Source: an uncultured Clostridia bacterium
GTDB taxonomy: Bacteria > Bacillota > Clostridia > TANB77 > CAG-508
DNA length: 37,289 nt
Direction of reading: 5' to 3'
Assembly (NCBI GenBank): GCA_944388635.1
Contig: CALXJN010000120.1
Location: forward strand, 1-37,289
The translations under genes and the position numbers were made by a program. A model generated the notes under the pieces. It searched no databases. It was not told the DNA's origin and was given only the letters and a program-made list of their open reading frames with translations. Of the stretch, positions 19,601 to 29,926 are shown one piece after another (position 1 is the first letter of the stretch; each line of letters starts with the position of its first letter).

Positions 19601-19806
19601 AAATTCAAAAAATCTGGCGAAGCGAGAATTTTTTGAATTTTGAATAGAGAAGTTAGTAAGGAGAAATAATGGCCGTTAGCGCCCTGAACGAAGTGAAGAA
19701 GTGCCCTTGGGGTATTCGAATCTAACCGCCCGAGCCAAAATTCAAAAAATCTGGCGAAGCAAGAATTTTTTGAATTTTGAATAGAGAAGTTAGTAAGAAG
19801 AAATAA
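19578..19806 (+). repeat. two 92-bp direct repeats (tRNA-Gln 3' end plus downstream hairpin) separated by a 45-bp GC-rich insert
   Basis: 19578-19669 and 19715-19806 differ at 2 positions. Each copy contains TTCGAATCTAACCGCCCGAGCCA plus the hairpin AAAATTCAAAAAAT-ctggcgaagc[g/a]aga-ATTTTTTGAATTTT. Confidence 0.85.
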
Positions 19807-19856
19807 ATAATATTATTTATTTGTGGTAAAATAGAAAAACAAGGAGCAGTTTTTTT

Positions 19857-20432
19857 ATGGAAAACATAAGATTAAAATATATAAATATAGATGAATTTGA
19901 AAAAGATGTATATTCACATTATGTGGAAATTTTTCCAGACAATGAAAGAAAACCATTAAAATTAATAAAAACATCATATGAAAAAGGATATACAAAACTT
20001 ATAAAAATCATAACAAATGACCAATTTGTAGGATTTATGATGATAATTAGAGTAAAAAACGGAGAATACACACTATTAGACTATTTTGCAATATTGCCAG
20101 AATATAGAAATAGTAAGCTTGGAACAAAAGCAATAGAAGCTTTACTTGAAGAAGAAAAAGAATGCAGAGGAATATTAGCAGAGATAGAAAAAACAGGACT
20201 TGGCGCAAATGAAGAAGAAAATAAATACAGGGAAAAAAGAAAAAGATTTTATGAAAGGACTAATTTCAAAAAGCTAGACTTTGAAATACTTTTATATGGA
20301 GTGCTATATACACCATATATTTTTTCAAAACTAAAAGATGATGATGATAAGATTATCGAAGAAATATTGAAAATTTACGAAGAAGTTTCAGGTAAAGAAA
20401 AGATAAAAAAGAATTGCAAAATAATAAAATAA
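19857..20432 (+). CDS. GNAT family N-acetyltransferase
   Basis: 191 aa with an acetyl-CoA binding motif region: LDYFAILPEYRNSKLGTKAIEALL. Confidence 0.75.
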   Translation: MENIRLKYINIDEFEKDVYSHYVEIFPDNERKPLKLIKTSYEKGYTKLIKIITNDQFVGFMMIIRVKNGEYTLLDYFAILPEYRNSKLGTKAIEALLEEEKECRGILAEIEKTGLGANEEENKYREKRKRFYERTNFKKLDFEILLYGVLYTPYIFSKLKDDDDKIIEEILKIYEEVSGKEKIKKNCKIIK

Positions 20433-20533
20433 AAAAATATTAAAAAATTTTATAAAAACTATTTATCATTATGAAATTATTTGATATAATAACAACATAA
20501 ATTAACAAAAGTCAAAAGAAAAGGGAGATAAAC

Positions 20534-20662
20534 ATGGGAAGAATATTATTAACAATAATTGTATTTTTATTAGCAGCATTTATAATTTTTACAAAGGATG
20601 TATCAAAAGGATTAAAGGTATTTTTGATAATATGTTTGATTATTACAGAAGTACTTATTGTA
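20534..20662 (+). CDS. possible small membrane peptide (42 aa)
   Basis: AAGGGAG RBS 6 nt upstream. Translation MGRILLTIIVFLLAAFIIFTKDVSKGLKVFLIICLILQKYLL. There is no homology evidence. Confidence 0.3.
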
Positions 20663-20692
20663 ACAATGTTTTAAGGCAAAGGGAGGAATCCA

Positions 20693-21184
20693 ATGAAAAA
20701 GCCAGTTAAAATTACATTAATTGTTATTGCAATTATATTTGCAATAGCTTTAATTGTTGTGGGTGGAATTTTAATATTTGCACCCAATAAAGTAGCTTTA
20801 TCAACAGATGATTTTAAGACAAAACTAGAAGAAAAAGGTTATATTGTAGAAGATGCATCATATCAATTATCAGACAGTGATGATATAAAGGAAATGTACA
20901 TAGCAACAAGTGAGAACGGTGAGTATAAGCTAGAATTTTATGTGTTTGAAAATTTAGATTATGCAAAAATGTTTTATAAAGTAAACAAAAAAGCATCTGA
21001 AGACTTTATAGATTCAAGTTACTCACAAAGCAGTATAAGCTTAAAAAATTATTCAAAATATTCGCTATCATCAAGCGGCAAATACAAAGTAATATCAAGG
21101 GTTGATAATACAGTTATATACTTAAATGTAATTAATGAATATAAGGATGAAGTTAAAGAATTATTAAAAGAATTAGGCTATTGA
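20693..21184 (+). CDS. hypothetical membrane-anchored protein
   Basis: 163 aa with a GGGAGG RBS, an N-terminal TM, then a soluble domain. No recognisable motifs. Confidence 0.55.
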   Translation: MKKPVKITLIVIAIIFAIALIVVGGILIFAPNKVALSTDDFKTKLEEKGYIVEDASYQLSDSDDIKEMYIATSENGEYKLEFYVFENLDYAKMFYKVNKKASEDFIDSSYSQSSISLKNYSKYSLSSSGKYKVISRVDNTVIYLNVINEYKDEVKELLKELGY

Positions 21185-21267
21185 TAAAAAAATAATAAAA
21201 GTGTTAGCAAATGTATGAAAGATATGATATAATACATTTGCTAATTTTAATATAAATAGGAGAAACA

Positions 21268-21867
21268 ATGGATAGAGAAAAAATTAAAGGAATTATAGAA
21301 GCAATATTGTTTGCAAGTGGTAAAATAGTGACTTTAGAAGAATTAAGCATAAGCCTCGAAATTGATAAAAAAGAAGTAGCCAATATAATAGAAGATATGA
21401 AAGAAGATTTAAAAAAGGCAAATAGAGGGATAGAAATTATTACTGTAAACAATGGATATACTTTAGCAAGTAAAAAAGAATATCATGAATACATATATCA
21501 AATAATCGATAAAAGAGCAAAACCTAATTTATCTCAAGCAGCTTTAGAAGTACTTGCAATAATTGCATATAATCCCAAAATAACTAGAGCAGAAATTGAA
21601 AACATTAGAGGAGTTAGTTCAGATGCCTCAATATATAGATTATTAGAACATAATTTAATTGAGGAAGCTGGGAAACTAGATTTGCCAGGTAAACCAATGT
21701 CATATAAAGTAACTGAAGAATTTCTAAAAAAATTCGGATTAAATACATTAGAAGAATTACCAGAACTCCCTAAATATAAAGTGGACGAAAATCAGCAAAT
21801 AGTTATAGATGACATTGTAATTGAAAATGATAAAGAAAAAGAAGAAGGAGAAAATAATATTGATTGA
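21268..21867 (+). CDS. scpB: segregation and condensation protein B
   Basis: 199 aa. IEAILFASGKIVTLEEL, LSQAALEVLAIIAYNPKITRAEIENIRGV, GKPMSYKVTEEFLKKFGL. Confidence 0.85.
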   Translation: MDREKIKGIIEAILFASGKIVTLEELSISLEIDKKEVANIIEDMKEDLKKANRGIEIITVNNGYTLASKKEYHEYIYQIIDKRAKPNLSQAALEVLAIIAYNPKITRAEIENIRGVSSDASIYRLLEHNLIEEAGKLDLPGKPMSYKVTEEFLKKFGLNTLEELPELPKYKVDENQQIVIDDIVIENDKEKEEGENNID

Positions 21868-23011
21868 AAATTTAAAAGAGATAATGCTTACTAATGAAAA
21901 AGTATTCTCAAAATATGCATGTAAGTCTGAAAATGGTATAAAATTACATGAAGAAACAGAAGGAATAAGACCAAAATTTTTTAGAGATATAGACAAAATA
22001 ATCTATTCACAAGCATATACGAGGTATATAGATAAGACACAAGTATATGCATTTATAGATAATGACCATATAACACACAGAGTATTACATGTACAGTTAG
22101 TTGCAAAAGAAGCAAGAACAATAGGAAGAGCATTAAGACTAAACGAAGATTTGATAGAAGCAATAGCGCTTGGACATGATGTAGGACACGCACCATTTGG
22201 GCATGCAGGAGAAAGATTTTTAGATAATATAGCAAGAAGAGAAAAAATAGGATATTTTTGTCATAATGCACAAAGTGTTAGAATGCTTAAAGATTTAGAA
22301 AATCTAAACATCACAATTCAAACATTAGATGGAATACTTGCTCATAATGGCGAAATACTGTTAAATAGATATGAACCAGATACAACAAAGACAAAAGAAG
22401 AATTTCTAAAAGAATTAGAAAATGTATTTACTATAGAAGGATATAGTAAAAAGATAAGACCAATGACGTTAGAGGCAAGTGTTGTTAGATTATCTGATAT
22501 AATTGCATATATTGGAAGAGATATAGAAGATGCAATAATAGTAGGTACAATAAAAAGAGAAGAATTACCAAAAGAAATAACAAAAATTTTAGGAAATACC
22601 AATGCAGAAATTGTAAATACATTAATAATGGATGTTATAGAAAATAGCATGGATAAACCATATTTAAAATTCTCAGATAAAGTATTTGAAAGTTTAATAA
22701 ATTTAAAAAAGTGGAATTATGAGCATATATATAATTCAAAAGAAGCAACAAAAAATTTAGATATACTTGAAAATGCATTTTATGATTTATTTTATTACTA
22801 TTTAAAGAAAGTCGATAATAGAAAAAATATTGAGATAACCGACAATATGACAGAAAGTGAGAAATTATTATTTGGATTTATAAATAGCAAAACAGAAGAA
22901 TATAAAGAAAAAACAGATATAAGAAGATTTATAATTGATTATATATCAGGGCAAACAGACAACTTTTTCTTAAAAGAATGTAAAATGCACCTTAAAGGAT
23001 TTAGCATATAA
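21860..23011 (+). CDS. HD-domain dNTP triphosphohydrolase-like protein (dGTPase family)
   Basis: FFRDIDKIIYSQAYTRYIDKTQV, HRVLHVQLVAKEARTIGRAL, ALGHDVGHAPFGHAGE, LSDIIAYIGRDIEDA. The start is taken as TTG 21860 after GAAGGAG. The ORF track's 21821 start would overlap scpB by 47 nt. Confidence 0.8.
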   Translation: MIENLKEIMLTNEKVFSKYACKSENGIKLHEETEGIRPKFFRDIDKIIYSQAYTRYIDKTQVYAFIDNDHITHRVLHVQLVAKEARTIGRALRLNEDLIEAIALGHDVGHAPFGHAGERFLDNIARREKIGYFCHNAQSVRMLKDLENLNITIQTLDGILAHNGEILLNRYEPDTTKTKEEFLKELENVFTIEGYSKKIRPMTLEASVVRLSDIIAYIGRDIEDAIIVGTIKREELPKEITKILGNTNAEIVNTLIMDVIENSMDKPYLKFSDKVFESLINLKKWNYEHIYNSKEATKNLDILENAFYDLFYYYLKKVDNRKNIEITDNMTESEKLLFGFINSKTEEYKEKTDIRRFIIDYISGQTDNFFLKECKMHLKGFSI

Positions 23012-23048
23012 TACATTTGCAAAAAATATATAAATATGCTAAAATTAA

Positions 23049-23435
23049 TTGTTATTTAAGATGCAAAAGAAAATTGTATTAACAGGAGAAAATCAAGTGG
23101 AAGTATTAGAAATAATTATATTATTAGTATTAATGATAATAGGCTTAATTGCATTTTCAGTGTTTCAAATAAGAGCAGCAGGAATGAAGGTAAAGGATTT
23201 TGCACAATTTATACAAGCAAACCAAATATTAGACAATTTATATGATGCTTCAAAAAAATATAAAAAACTGAGTAAAAATCAACAACTTGTATTTTTAATG
23301 GAAGCGGAAAAAGTATTTAATGCATTTGATAAGGTACCAGATATGCTGTGGGAAGATGAGTATCAAAAATATTCACAAATATTAGATATTTATCGAAACA
23401 TAAAAATTGCAAGGTGGAATGAAAAGGAAACATAA
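23049..23435 (+). CDS. hypothetical small membrane protein
   Basis: 128-aa ORF with one TM segment. The start is possibly ATG 23061. Confidence 0.45.
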   Translation: MLFKMQKKIVLTGENQVEVLEIIILLVLMIIGLIAFSVFQIRAAGMKVKDFAQFIQANQILDNLYDASKKYKKLSKNQQLVFLMEAEKVFNAFDKVPDMLWEDEYQKYSQILDIYRNIKIARWNEKET

Positions 23436-23489
23436 AATATGATATAGACATATTATAATATATAAATATTATAAAGGGAGGCAATAAAA

Positions 23490-24752
23490 ATGGAAGATAT
23501 AAGTGCGATAGTTCTAGCAGCTGGAAAAGGAACAAGAATGAAAACTAACAAATCTAAAGTTGTACATAAAATATATGGAAAAGAATTAGTTAAAAGAGTA
23601 GTAGAAACAGCATATAAAGCAGGAATTAAAGATGTTATAACAGTTGTAGGACATAAAAGAGAAGAAGTAGAAAAAGTACTTGGAGATAGCGTAAAATATG
23701 CATATCAAGAAGAATTACTTGGAACAGGTCATACAGCAATGCAGGCAATACCATATTTAAAAGGGAAAAAGGGAAAAGTTGTAATTTTATATGGTGATGT
23801 ACCATTAATAAGACCAGAAACAATAAAAAAACTTATAGCAAAAAGTGTAATGGATAGGGAATATGCAACAATATTAACAGCAATTTATGATAATCCAACA
23901 GGATATGGAAGAGTCGTAAGAGATATTGGTGGTAACGTAAAAGCAATAGTTGAAGAAAAAGATGCAACTGAGGAGGAAAAATATATAACAGAAATAAATG
24001 CTGGTGTATATTGTTTTGATATAGAAGAACTAATATTAGCCCTAGAAAAATTAACTCCAAATAATGCTCAAGGTGAATATTATTTGACAGATGTAATAAA
24101 GATTATGAATGACAAAGGATTAAAAACAGGAGCTATTATAATAGAAGATAATACAGAAATTCTTGGGGTAAATGACAGAGCACAATTAGAAATGCTTACA
24201 AGAATATTAAAGATAAGAATAAACCAAGAACATATGGCAAATGGAGTTACAATAGAAGATATGGAAAACACCTATATATATGATGATGTAAAAATAGGGA
24301 TAGATACAGTCATTCATCCAAACACAACAATAAAATCTGGTGTAGTAATTGGAGAAAATTGTGAAATAGGGCCAAACTCATACATAAGAGAAGGATGTGA
24401 AATTGCAGATAACGTAAAAATAGGAAGCTTTGTAGAATTAAAGAAAGCAAAAATAGGAGAAGGCACAAAAGTACCACATTTATCATATATGGGAGACTGT
24501 GAAATAGGAAGCAAAACAAATATAGGTTGTGGAACAATAACTTGCAACTATGATGGCTTCAAAAAAAGCAAAACTATAATAGGAGACAATGCATTTGTAG
24601 GTTCAAATGTAAACTTTATAGCACCAGTCACAGTTGGAAGTAATACGCTTATTGCAGCAGGCTCAACAATAACAGATGATGTACCAGACGATGCACTAAG
24701 TATAGCAAGAGAAAGACAAATAAATAAAGAAGAATGGAATAAAAGAAATTAG
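23490..24752 (+). CDS. glmU: bifunctional UDP-N-acetylglucosamine diphosphorylase / glucosamine-1-phosphate N-acetyltransferase
   Basis: 420 aa. LAAGKGTRMKT, LYGDVPLI, NAQGEYYLTDV, then left-handed beta-helix hexapeptide repeats. Confidence 0.88.
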   Translation: MEDISAIVLAAGKGTRMKTNKSKVVHKIYGKELVKRVVETAYKAGIKDVITVVGHKREEVEKVLGDSVKYAYQEELLGTGHTAMQAIPYLKGKKGKVVILYGDVPLIRPETIKKLIAKSVMDREYATILTAIYDNPTGYGRVVRDIGGNVKAIVEEKDATEEEKYITEINAGVYCFDIEELILALEKLTPNNAQGEYYLTDVIKIMNDKGLKTGAIIIEDNTEILGVNDRAQLEMLTRILKIRINQEHMANGVTIEDMENTYIYDDVKIGIDTVIHPNTTIKSGVVIGENCEIGPNSYIREGCEIADNVKIGSFVELKKAKIGEGTKVPHLSYMGDCEIGSKTNIGCGTITCNYDGFKKSKTIIGDNAFVGSNVNFIAPVTVGSNTLIAAGSTITDDVPDDALSIARERQINKEEWNKRN

Positions 24753-24767
24753 CTGCTGGATATAGCA

Positions 24768-24798
24768 AAATAAGAGGATTAAATATATCCTCTTATTT
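24768..24798. terminator. bidirectional terminator between glmU and pflA
   Basis: AAATAAGAGGAT-taaatat-ATCCTCTTATTT. Confidence 0.7.
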
Positions 24799-24808
24799 AT
24801 ATATTATA

Positions 24809-25540
24809 TTATACTATATTATTCCGCAAAATCTTTTTCGCTTTTTCAACTTCTTCTGGAGTTGCGGTATGAGTATCAGTTAAAGGGTATTTTAGCCCAA
24901 GATTTTCCCACTTAAATTTGCCTAAATCATGATAAGGTAAAAGCTCAATCTTTTCTACAGTTTTTAAAGTAGATAAAAATTCTTTTAATTTCAATAAATC
25001 TTCCTCATCATCTGTATAACCTGGAACTAAGACTTGTCTTATCCACATAGGTTTTCCAATACTACTTAAATACCTTGCAAAATCAAGTTCAAGTTCATTA
25101 GAAAAACCAACTAATTCCTTAGATTTTGAAGGAACAATATGCTTTATATCTAATAAAAATAAATCTGTTAAATCAATAAGTTTTTTTACATTATCTGTTA
25201 AGCTAAACATTCCAGATGTATCAATTGCTGTATGAATATCGTATTTCTTTAATTCCTCAAAAAAAGGAATTAAGCTTTTCGTTTGTAGCAAAGGCTCACC
25301 ACCAGAAACGGTAACACCTCCGCCAGAAGGTTTTATATAATTCTGATATTTTAATATTCTTTGAACAATATCATCTGTAGAGAAAATTTGTCCAGCTTTT
25401 TCATCCCATGTATCTCTATTTTGACAATACATACACCTTAAATGACATCCTTGAAGAAAAATAACATATCTTATTCCAGGACCATCAACAGTACCAAAAC
25501 TTTCAAAAGAATGAACTCTCAAAGTATTATTTTCGTTCAT
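24809..25540 (-). CDS. pflA: pyruvate formate-lyase activating enzyme (radical SAM)
   Basis: 243 aa with the CHLRCMYCQN cluster motif and GGGVTVSGGEPLLQ. It contains an in-frame CGG at complement 24826-24824, five codons before the stop. A +1 shift there would instead end the protein ...KKILGII. Confidence 0.88.
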   Translation of the reverse strand: MNENNTLRVHSFESFGTVDGPGIRYVIFLQGCHLRCMYCQNRDTWDEKAGQIFSTDDIVQRILKYQNYIKPSGGGVTVSGGEPLLQTKSLIPFFEELKKYDIHTAIDTSGMFSLTDNVKKLIDLTDLFLLDIKHIVPSKSKELVGFSNELELDFARYLSSIGKPMWIRQVLVPGYTDDEEDLLKLKEFLSTLKTVEKIELLPYHDLGKFKWENLGLKYPLTDTHTATPEEVEKAKKILRNNIV

Positions 25541-25662
25541 ATATTATAATTCCTTTCATAAAATAATATACATATGTAAAGGCAGAACATAATCTGAATT
25601 TACATATATATATTATAAAAGCAATAATTAAAGATTAAAAAAAGAAACAAGGAGTACTACGC

Positions 25663-25723
25663 AGTTCAAGTTAAAAATGTGAAGGCGTACTTTTTGTACG
25701 TTAAAGCATTTTTAACTTGAACT
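25663..25723 (-). terminator. long nested hairpin between pflB and pflA (partial terminator or processing site)
   Basis: AGTTCAAGTTAAAAATG ... CATTTTTAACTTGAACT, a 17-bp stem enclosing the second hairpin CGTAC-ttttt-GTACG. Confidence 0.55.
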
Positions 25724-25752
25724 AACGACGTAATCCAAAACTTATTTTTTAA

Positions 25753-27990
25753 TTAAATTCTTTCGTGGATAGTACGATTAATAACATCTAACTGTTGCTC
25801 ACGAGTTAACTTAACAAAGTTTACAGCATATCCAGATACTCTTATTGTAAGTTGAGGATATTTCTCTGGATGATCCATAGCATCAAGAAGTAAAGCTCTA
25901 TCAAATACATTTACATTTATATGATGTCCTTCTTGAGCAAAGAAACCATCAAGCATACTTACTAGGTTATTTACTCTTGATTCTTCATCTTTACCAAGTG
26001 CTTTAGGTGTAATTGAAAATGTATATGAAATACCATCTTCAGAATATCTATATGGAAGTTTAGCGATAGAATTCATAACAGCTAATGCACCATTAGTATC
26101 TCTTCCATGTAGTGGGTTTGCACCAGGTCCAAAAGGAGCTCCTGCTCTTCTTCCATCAGGTGTATTACCAGTTGCTTTTCCATAAACAACATTAGATGTA
26201 ATAGTTAAAACTGATAATGTATGTTTAGAATGTTTGTAAGTGCAGTGCTTTTGTAATTTTCCAAGGAAAGTTTTAATAATACTAACTGCAATTTGGTCAA
26301 CTCTATCATCATCATTACCAAATTTTGGATAATCACCTTCGATTTCATAGTCAACAGCAAGTCCAGTTTCATCTCTAATAACTTTAACTTTTGAATATTT
26401 AATAGCAGAAAGTGAATCAGCAACAACTGAAAGCCCTGCTATACCGCAAGCCATAGTTCTTAAGATATTTCTATCATGAAGAGCCATTTCTATTGCTTCA
26501 TAAGAATATTTATCGTGCATATAGTGAATAGCATTTAGCGCTTTAATATAAATTTTTGCAACATACTCCATCATGTTATCAAATTTTTCCATAACTTCGT
26601 CATAATCAAGATATTCAGAAGTAATTGGAGCAAATTTTGGTGTTACTTGTTTACCAGATTTTTCGTCTCTACCACCATTGATAGCATAAAGAAGAGTTTT
26701 AGCAAGGTTTGCACGAGCACCAAAGAATTGCATTTGTTTACCAATTTGCATTGCAGAAACGCAACAAGCAATTCCGTAATCATCTCCCCAGAACTTCCTC
26801 ATTAAATCATCATTTTCATATTGGATAGATGATGTTTTAATAGAAAGATTTGTTGTATATTCCTTAAATCCTCTTGGTAATCTTGTAGACCAAAGAACTG
26901 TTAAGTTTGGCTCTGGAGCTGGTCCTAAATTTTCAAGAGTATGAAGTATTCTAAAAGAGTTTTTAGTAACTAAAGTTCTACCGTCAATTCCCATACCACC
27001 AATACTTTCTGTAACCCATACAGGATCTCCACTAAATAACTCATTATATTCAGGAGTTCTTAAAAATCTAACAAGTCTTAATTTCATAACAAAATGGTCA
27101 ACGATTTCTTGAACTTCATCCTCTGTTAAAGTTCCGTTTTTTAAATCTCTCTCGAAATAAATATCTAAGAAAGTAGAAGTTCTACCAATGCTCATTGCAG
27201 CACCATTTTGATCTTTGATTGCAGCAAGATATCCAAAGTATAGCCATTGAACAGCTTCTTTAGCATTAGTTGCAGGTTTAGAAATATCATAACCGTATTT
27301 TAATGCCATAGCTTTTAAAGCTTCTAAAGCTCTAACTTGTTCTGCAAATTCTTCTCTTTCTCTTACTAGTTCCTCTGTAAATTCATCATGATTTAGTAAA
27401 TCAATAATATGTTTTCTATCTTCAATTAAAGCATCAACACCATAAAGGGCAACACGTCTATAATCTCCAATAATTCTTCCACGACCATATCCGTCAGGAA
27501 GACCTGTAATAAGATGAGAGCTTCTTGCAGCTCTTATATCAGGTGTATAAACATCAAAAACACCGTCATTATGAGTTTTTCTTGTTCCATGGAAAATTTT
27601 ATCTGTTTCAGGATCTACTTTTTTTCCATAAGCTTCGCAAGATTTTTCAACGATTCTTATACCACCAAAAGGCATGATAGCTCTTTTAAGTGGTGCATCT
27701 GTTTGAAGCCCAACTATTTGCTCTAAATCTTTATCAATATAACCAGCATCATGAGCAGTTATAGTAGATATTGTTTTAGTATCTATGTCTAAAACGCCAC
27801 CTTCTGCAGCTTTTTCCTTTTTATACAATTCTAAAACTTCATCCCATAATTTCTTTGTTCTCGCAGTAGGACCTACTAAGAAAGATGAATCACCTTCATA
27901 TGGTGTATAGTTAGTTTGAATAAAATTTCTTACGTCTATTTCTTTTTGCCAGTCTCCACATTGAAAACCATTCCAAGCATCAAACTTCAT
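25753..27990 (-). CDS. pflB: formate C-acetyltransferase (pyruvate formate-lyase)
   Basis: 745 aa from MKFDAWNGF (ATG at 27990-27988, GGAGG RBS). Active-site CCVS is present (GIACCVSAM), as is the glycyl-radical motif TIRVSGYAV near the C-terminus. The ORF-track N-terminal extension to 28065 is discounted. Confidence 0.93.
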   Translation of the reverse strand: MKFDAWNGFQCGDWQKEIDVRNFIQTNYTPYEGDSSFLVGPTARTKKLWDEVLELYKKEKAAEGGVLDIDTKTISTITAHDAGYIDKDLEQIVGLQTDAPLKRAIMPFGGIRIVEKSCEAYGKKVDPETDKIFHGTRKTHNDGVFDVYTPDIRAARSSHLITGLPDGYGRGRIIGDYRRVALYGVDALIEDRKHIIDLLNHDEFTEELVREREEFAEQVRALEALKAMALKYGYDISKPATNAKEAVQWLYFGYLAAIKDQNGAAMSIGRTSTFLDIYFERDLKNGTLTEDEVQEIVDHFVMKLRLVRFLRTPEYNELFSGDPVWVTESIGGMGIDGRTLVTKNSFRILHTLENLGPAPEPNLTVLWSTRLPRGFKEYTTNLSIKTSSIQYENDDLMRKFWGDDYGIACCVSAMQIGKQMQFFGARANLAKTLLYAINGGRDEKSGKQVTPKFAPITSEYLDYDEVMEKFDNMMEYVAKIYIKALNAIHYMHDKYSYEAIEMALHDRNILRTMACGIAGLSVVADSLSAIKYSKVKVIRDETGLAVDYEIEGDYPKFGNDDDRVDQIAVSIIKTFLGKLQKHCTYKHSKHTLSVLTITSNVVYGKATGNTPDGRRAGAPFGPGANPLHGRDTNGALAVMNSIAKLPYRYSEDGISYTFSITPKALGKDEESRVNNLVSMLDGFFAQEGHHINVNVFDRALLLDAMDHPEKYPQLTIRVSGYAVNFVKLTREQQLDVINRTIHERI

Positions 27991-28139
27991 AAAAATACCT
28001 CCATTTTTTAAAAAAATTTTTCTAATCAATAGTATTATACACCGTAAGCTTAAAAATATCAACAATTTACGACAAAACTACTTGTAAAAAAATAGAAAAC
28101 AAGATAAAATATATTAGATAAAATGAGGAGGACAAAAAA

Positions 28140-28698
28140 GTGTATTTAATTGTAGGTTTAGGAAATCCAGAAGAAGAATATTCAAATACAAGACATAATA
28201 TGGGATTTGATACATTAAACGAACTAGCTAAAAGAAATGGAATAGAAATAAATAGGAATAAATATAATTCATTATACGGACAAGGAATTATAAAAAATGA
28301 AAAAGTCATACTTGTAAAACCACAAACATATATGAATTTAAGTGGAATTGCAGTAAAACAATTTAAAGATTTTTATAAAATTGAAGGAAATAAAATAATT
28401 ATAGTACATGATGATATAGATATAAAAGAAGGAACAATTAAAATTAGAAAAACAGGAGGAGCTGGAACTCATAATGGAATGAAGTCAGTTGTACAAGAAC
28501 TTGGAAATAAAGAATTTTATAGAATAAGAATTGGAGTTCGGAAATCCTGATAAACAAAAAGATTTAAAAGATTTTGTGTTAGAAAAAATAAATAAAGAAG
28601 AAAGAAAAATATTAGATGAAGCAATAGAAACAGGAGCAAAAGCAATAGAAGAAATTATAGAAAATGGTGTTGATATTGCTATGAATAAATATAACTAA
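28140..28698 (+). CDS. pth: peptidyl-tRNA hydrolase, interrupted by one in-frame CGG +1 site
   Basis: GTG start. MYLIVGLGNPEEEYSNTRHNMGF, PQTYMNLSG, HDDIDI..G, GGAGTHNGMKS. Skipping C28539 reads FYRIRIGVGNPDKQKDLKDFVLEKINKEERKILDEAIETGAKAIEEIIENGVDIAMNKYN, with the stop at 28696-28698. Restored length is 185 aa. Confidence 0.9.
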
Positions 28699-28740
28699 TA
28701 ATCAATATCTTATTTATGTTATTTATCGAGTGGAGGAAAA

Positions 28741-29925
28741 ATGAAAGAAATATTTATAAAAAAGACAGATAATATCACACAAATTGTGCTTTTGGAAAAT
28801 GGAAATGTAATTGAAAAATATGAAGAAAATGATAAGAAAAAAAGGCTTGAAGAAAAAATATATTTAGGAAAAGTTCAAAATGTACTTCAAGGAATGCAAG
28901 CAGCGTTTATAGATATTGGAGAAGATAGAAATACTTTTATACATTTGAAAGATATACTTCCTAAAATAAATGTTGTAAAACAAAAAGAAGCGCAAGAAGA
29001 GAAAAATATAAAAAAATTAATAAAAGTAAATGATAAAATATTGATACAAGTAAAAAGAGATGCAACAAAAATGAAAGGAGCTAAAGTTTCAACACATATT
29101 AGCATCCCAAGTAGATATTTTGTATTAATGCCAGAGACAGATATAAGAACAATATCACAAAAAATCGAAGATATTAAAGAAAGAGAAAGATTAAATAATA
29201 TAATAAATGAAATACTTCCAAATAATTTTGGAGTAATTGTTAGAACATCAGCATTAGGAAAAACAAAAGAAGATTTAAAAAAAGATTTAGATAAATCAAT
29301 AAAAACATGGGAAAAAATAGAAAAGATAAAAAATGACGAAAACTCAATTGCACCAATGGTTGTATATAATGGACAAAGCTTTATAGAAAAATTATTAACA
29401 GACTTAGTAGATAAAGATATTACTAGAATAGTCGTAAATAATAAAAAGAATTATGAAGAAGTAAAAAATATATTAGAAAAGTTTGAAGAAAAGGAAATCA
29501 AAGTAGAACTTAAAGAAAAAGAAGATATATTTAAAATATATGATATAGAAGACCAACTTGAGAAAGCAAATCAAAGAAAGATATGGCTTAAATGTGGTGG
29601 ATTTATCACAATAGATAAAACAGAAGCACTAACAGCAATAGATGTGAATTCTGGAAAATATATTGGAAATAAAAATTTAGAACAAACTGTATTTAAAGTA
29701 AATAGTGAAGCTAGCATAGAAATTGCAAAACAATTAAGACTAAGAGACATTGGAGGTATCATAATAATAGATTATATTGATATGCTAGATGATGAACATA
29801 AAAAAGAAATCATAAAAGTATTAGAAGAAAGTCTTAAGCAAGATAGATCTAAAACACAAATAGTAGGATTTTCAAAACTTAATTTGTTAGAAATGACAAG
29901 AAAACATATGAAAGGAGGAGAATAA
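28741..29925 (+). CDS. rng: ribonuclease E/G family protein
   Basis: 394 aa. S1 domain GKVQNVLQGMQAAFIDIGEDRNTFIH, catalytic region ALTAIDVNSGKYIG, and RDIGGIIIIDYIDM. Confidence 0.82.
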   Translation: MKEIFIKKTDNITQIVLLENGNVIEKYEENDKKKRLEEKIYLGKVQNVLQGMQAAFIDIGEDRNTFIHLKDILPKINVVKQKEAQEEKNIKKLIKVNDKILIQVKRDATKMKGAKVSTHISIPSRYFVLMPETDIRTISQKIEDIKERERLNNIINEILPNNFGVIVRTSALGKTKEDLKKDLDKSIKTWEKIEKIKNDENSIAPMVVYNGQSFIEKLLTDLVDKDITRIVVNNKKNYEEVKNILEKFEEKEIKVELKEKEDIFKIYDIEDQLEKANQRKIWLKCGGFITIDKTEALTAIDVNSGKYIGNKNLEQTVFKVNSEASIEIAKQLRLRDIGGIIIIDYIDMLDDEHKKEIIKVLEESLKQDRSKTQIVGFSKLNLLEMTRKHMKGGE

Positions 29926-29926
29926 A

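Noticed and set aside
19670-19737. A second tRNA gene downstream of tRNA-Gln(CUG)
   Set aside because: Only the T-loop and the 3' acceptor half are duplicated. The upstream GC-rich segment provides no matching 5' acceptor strand, D-arm or anticodon arm.
27991-28065. 25-codon N-terminal extension of pflB in the ORF track
   Set aside because: The conserved PFL N-terminus MKFDAWNGF starts at 27990 with a GGAGG RBS. The extension is hydrophobic junk within the promoter region.
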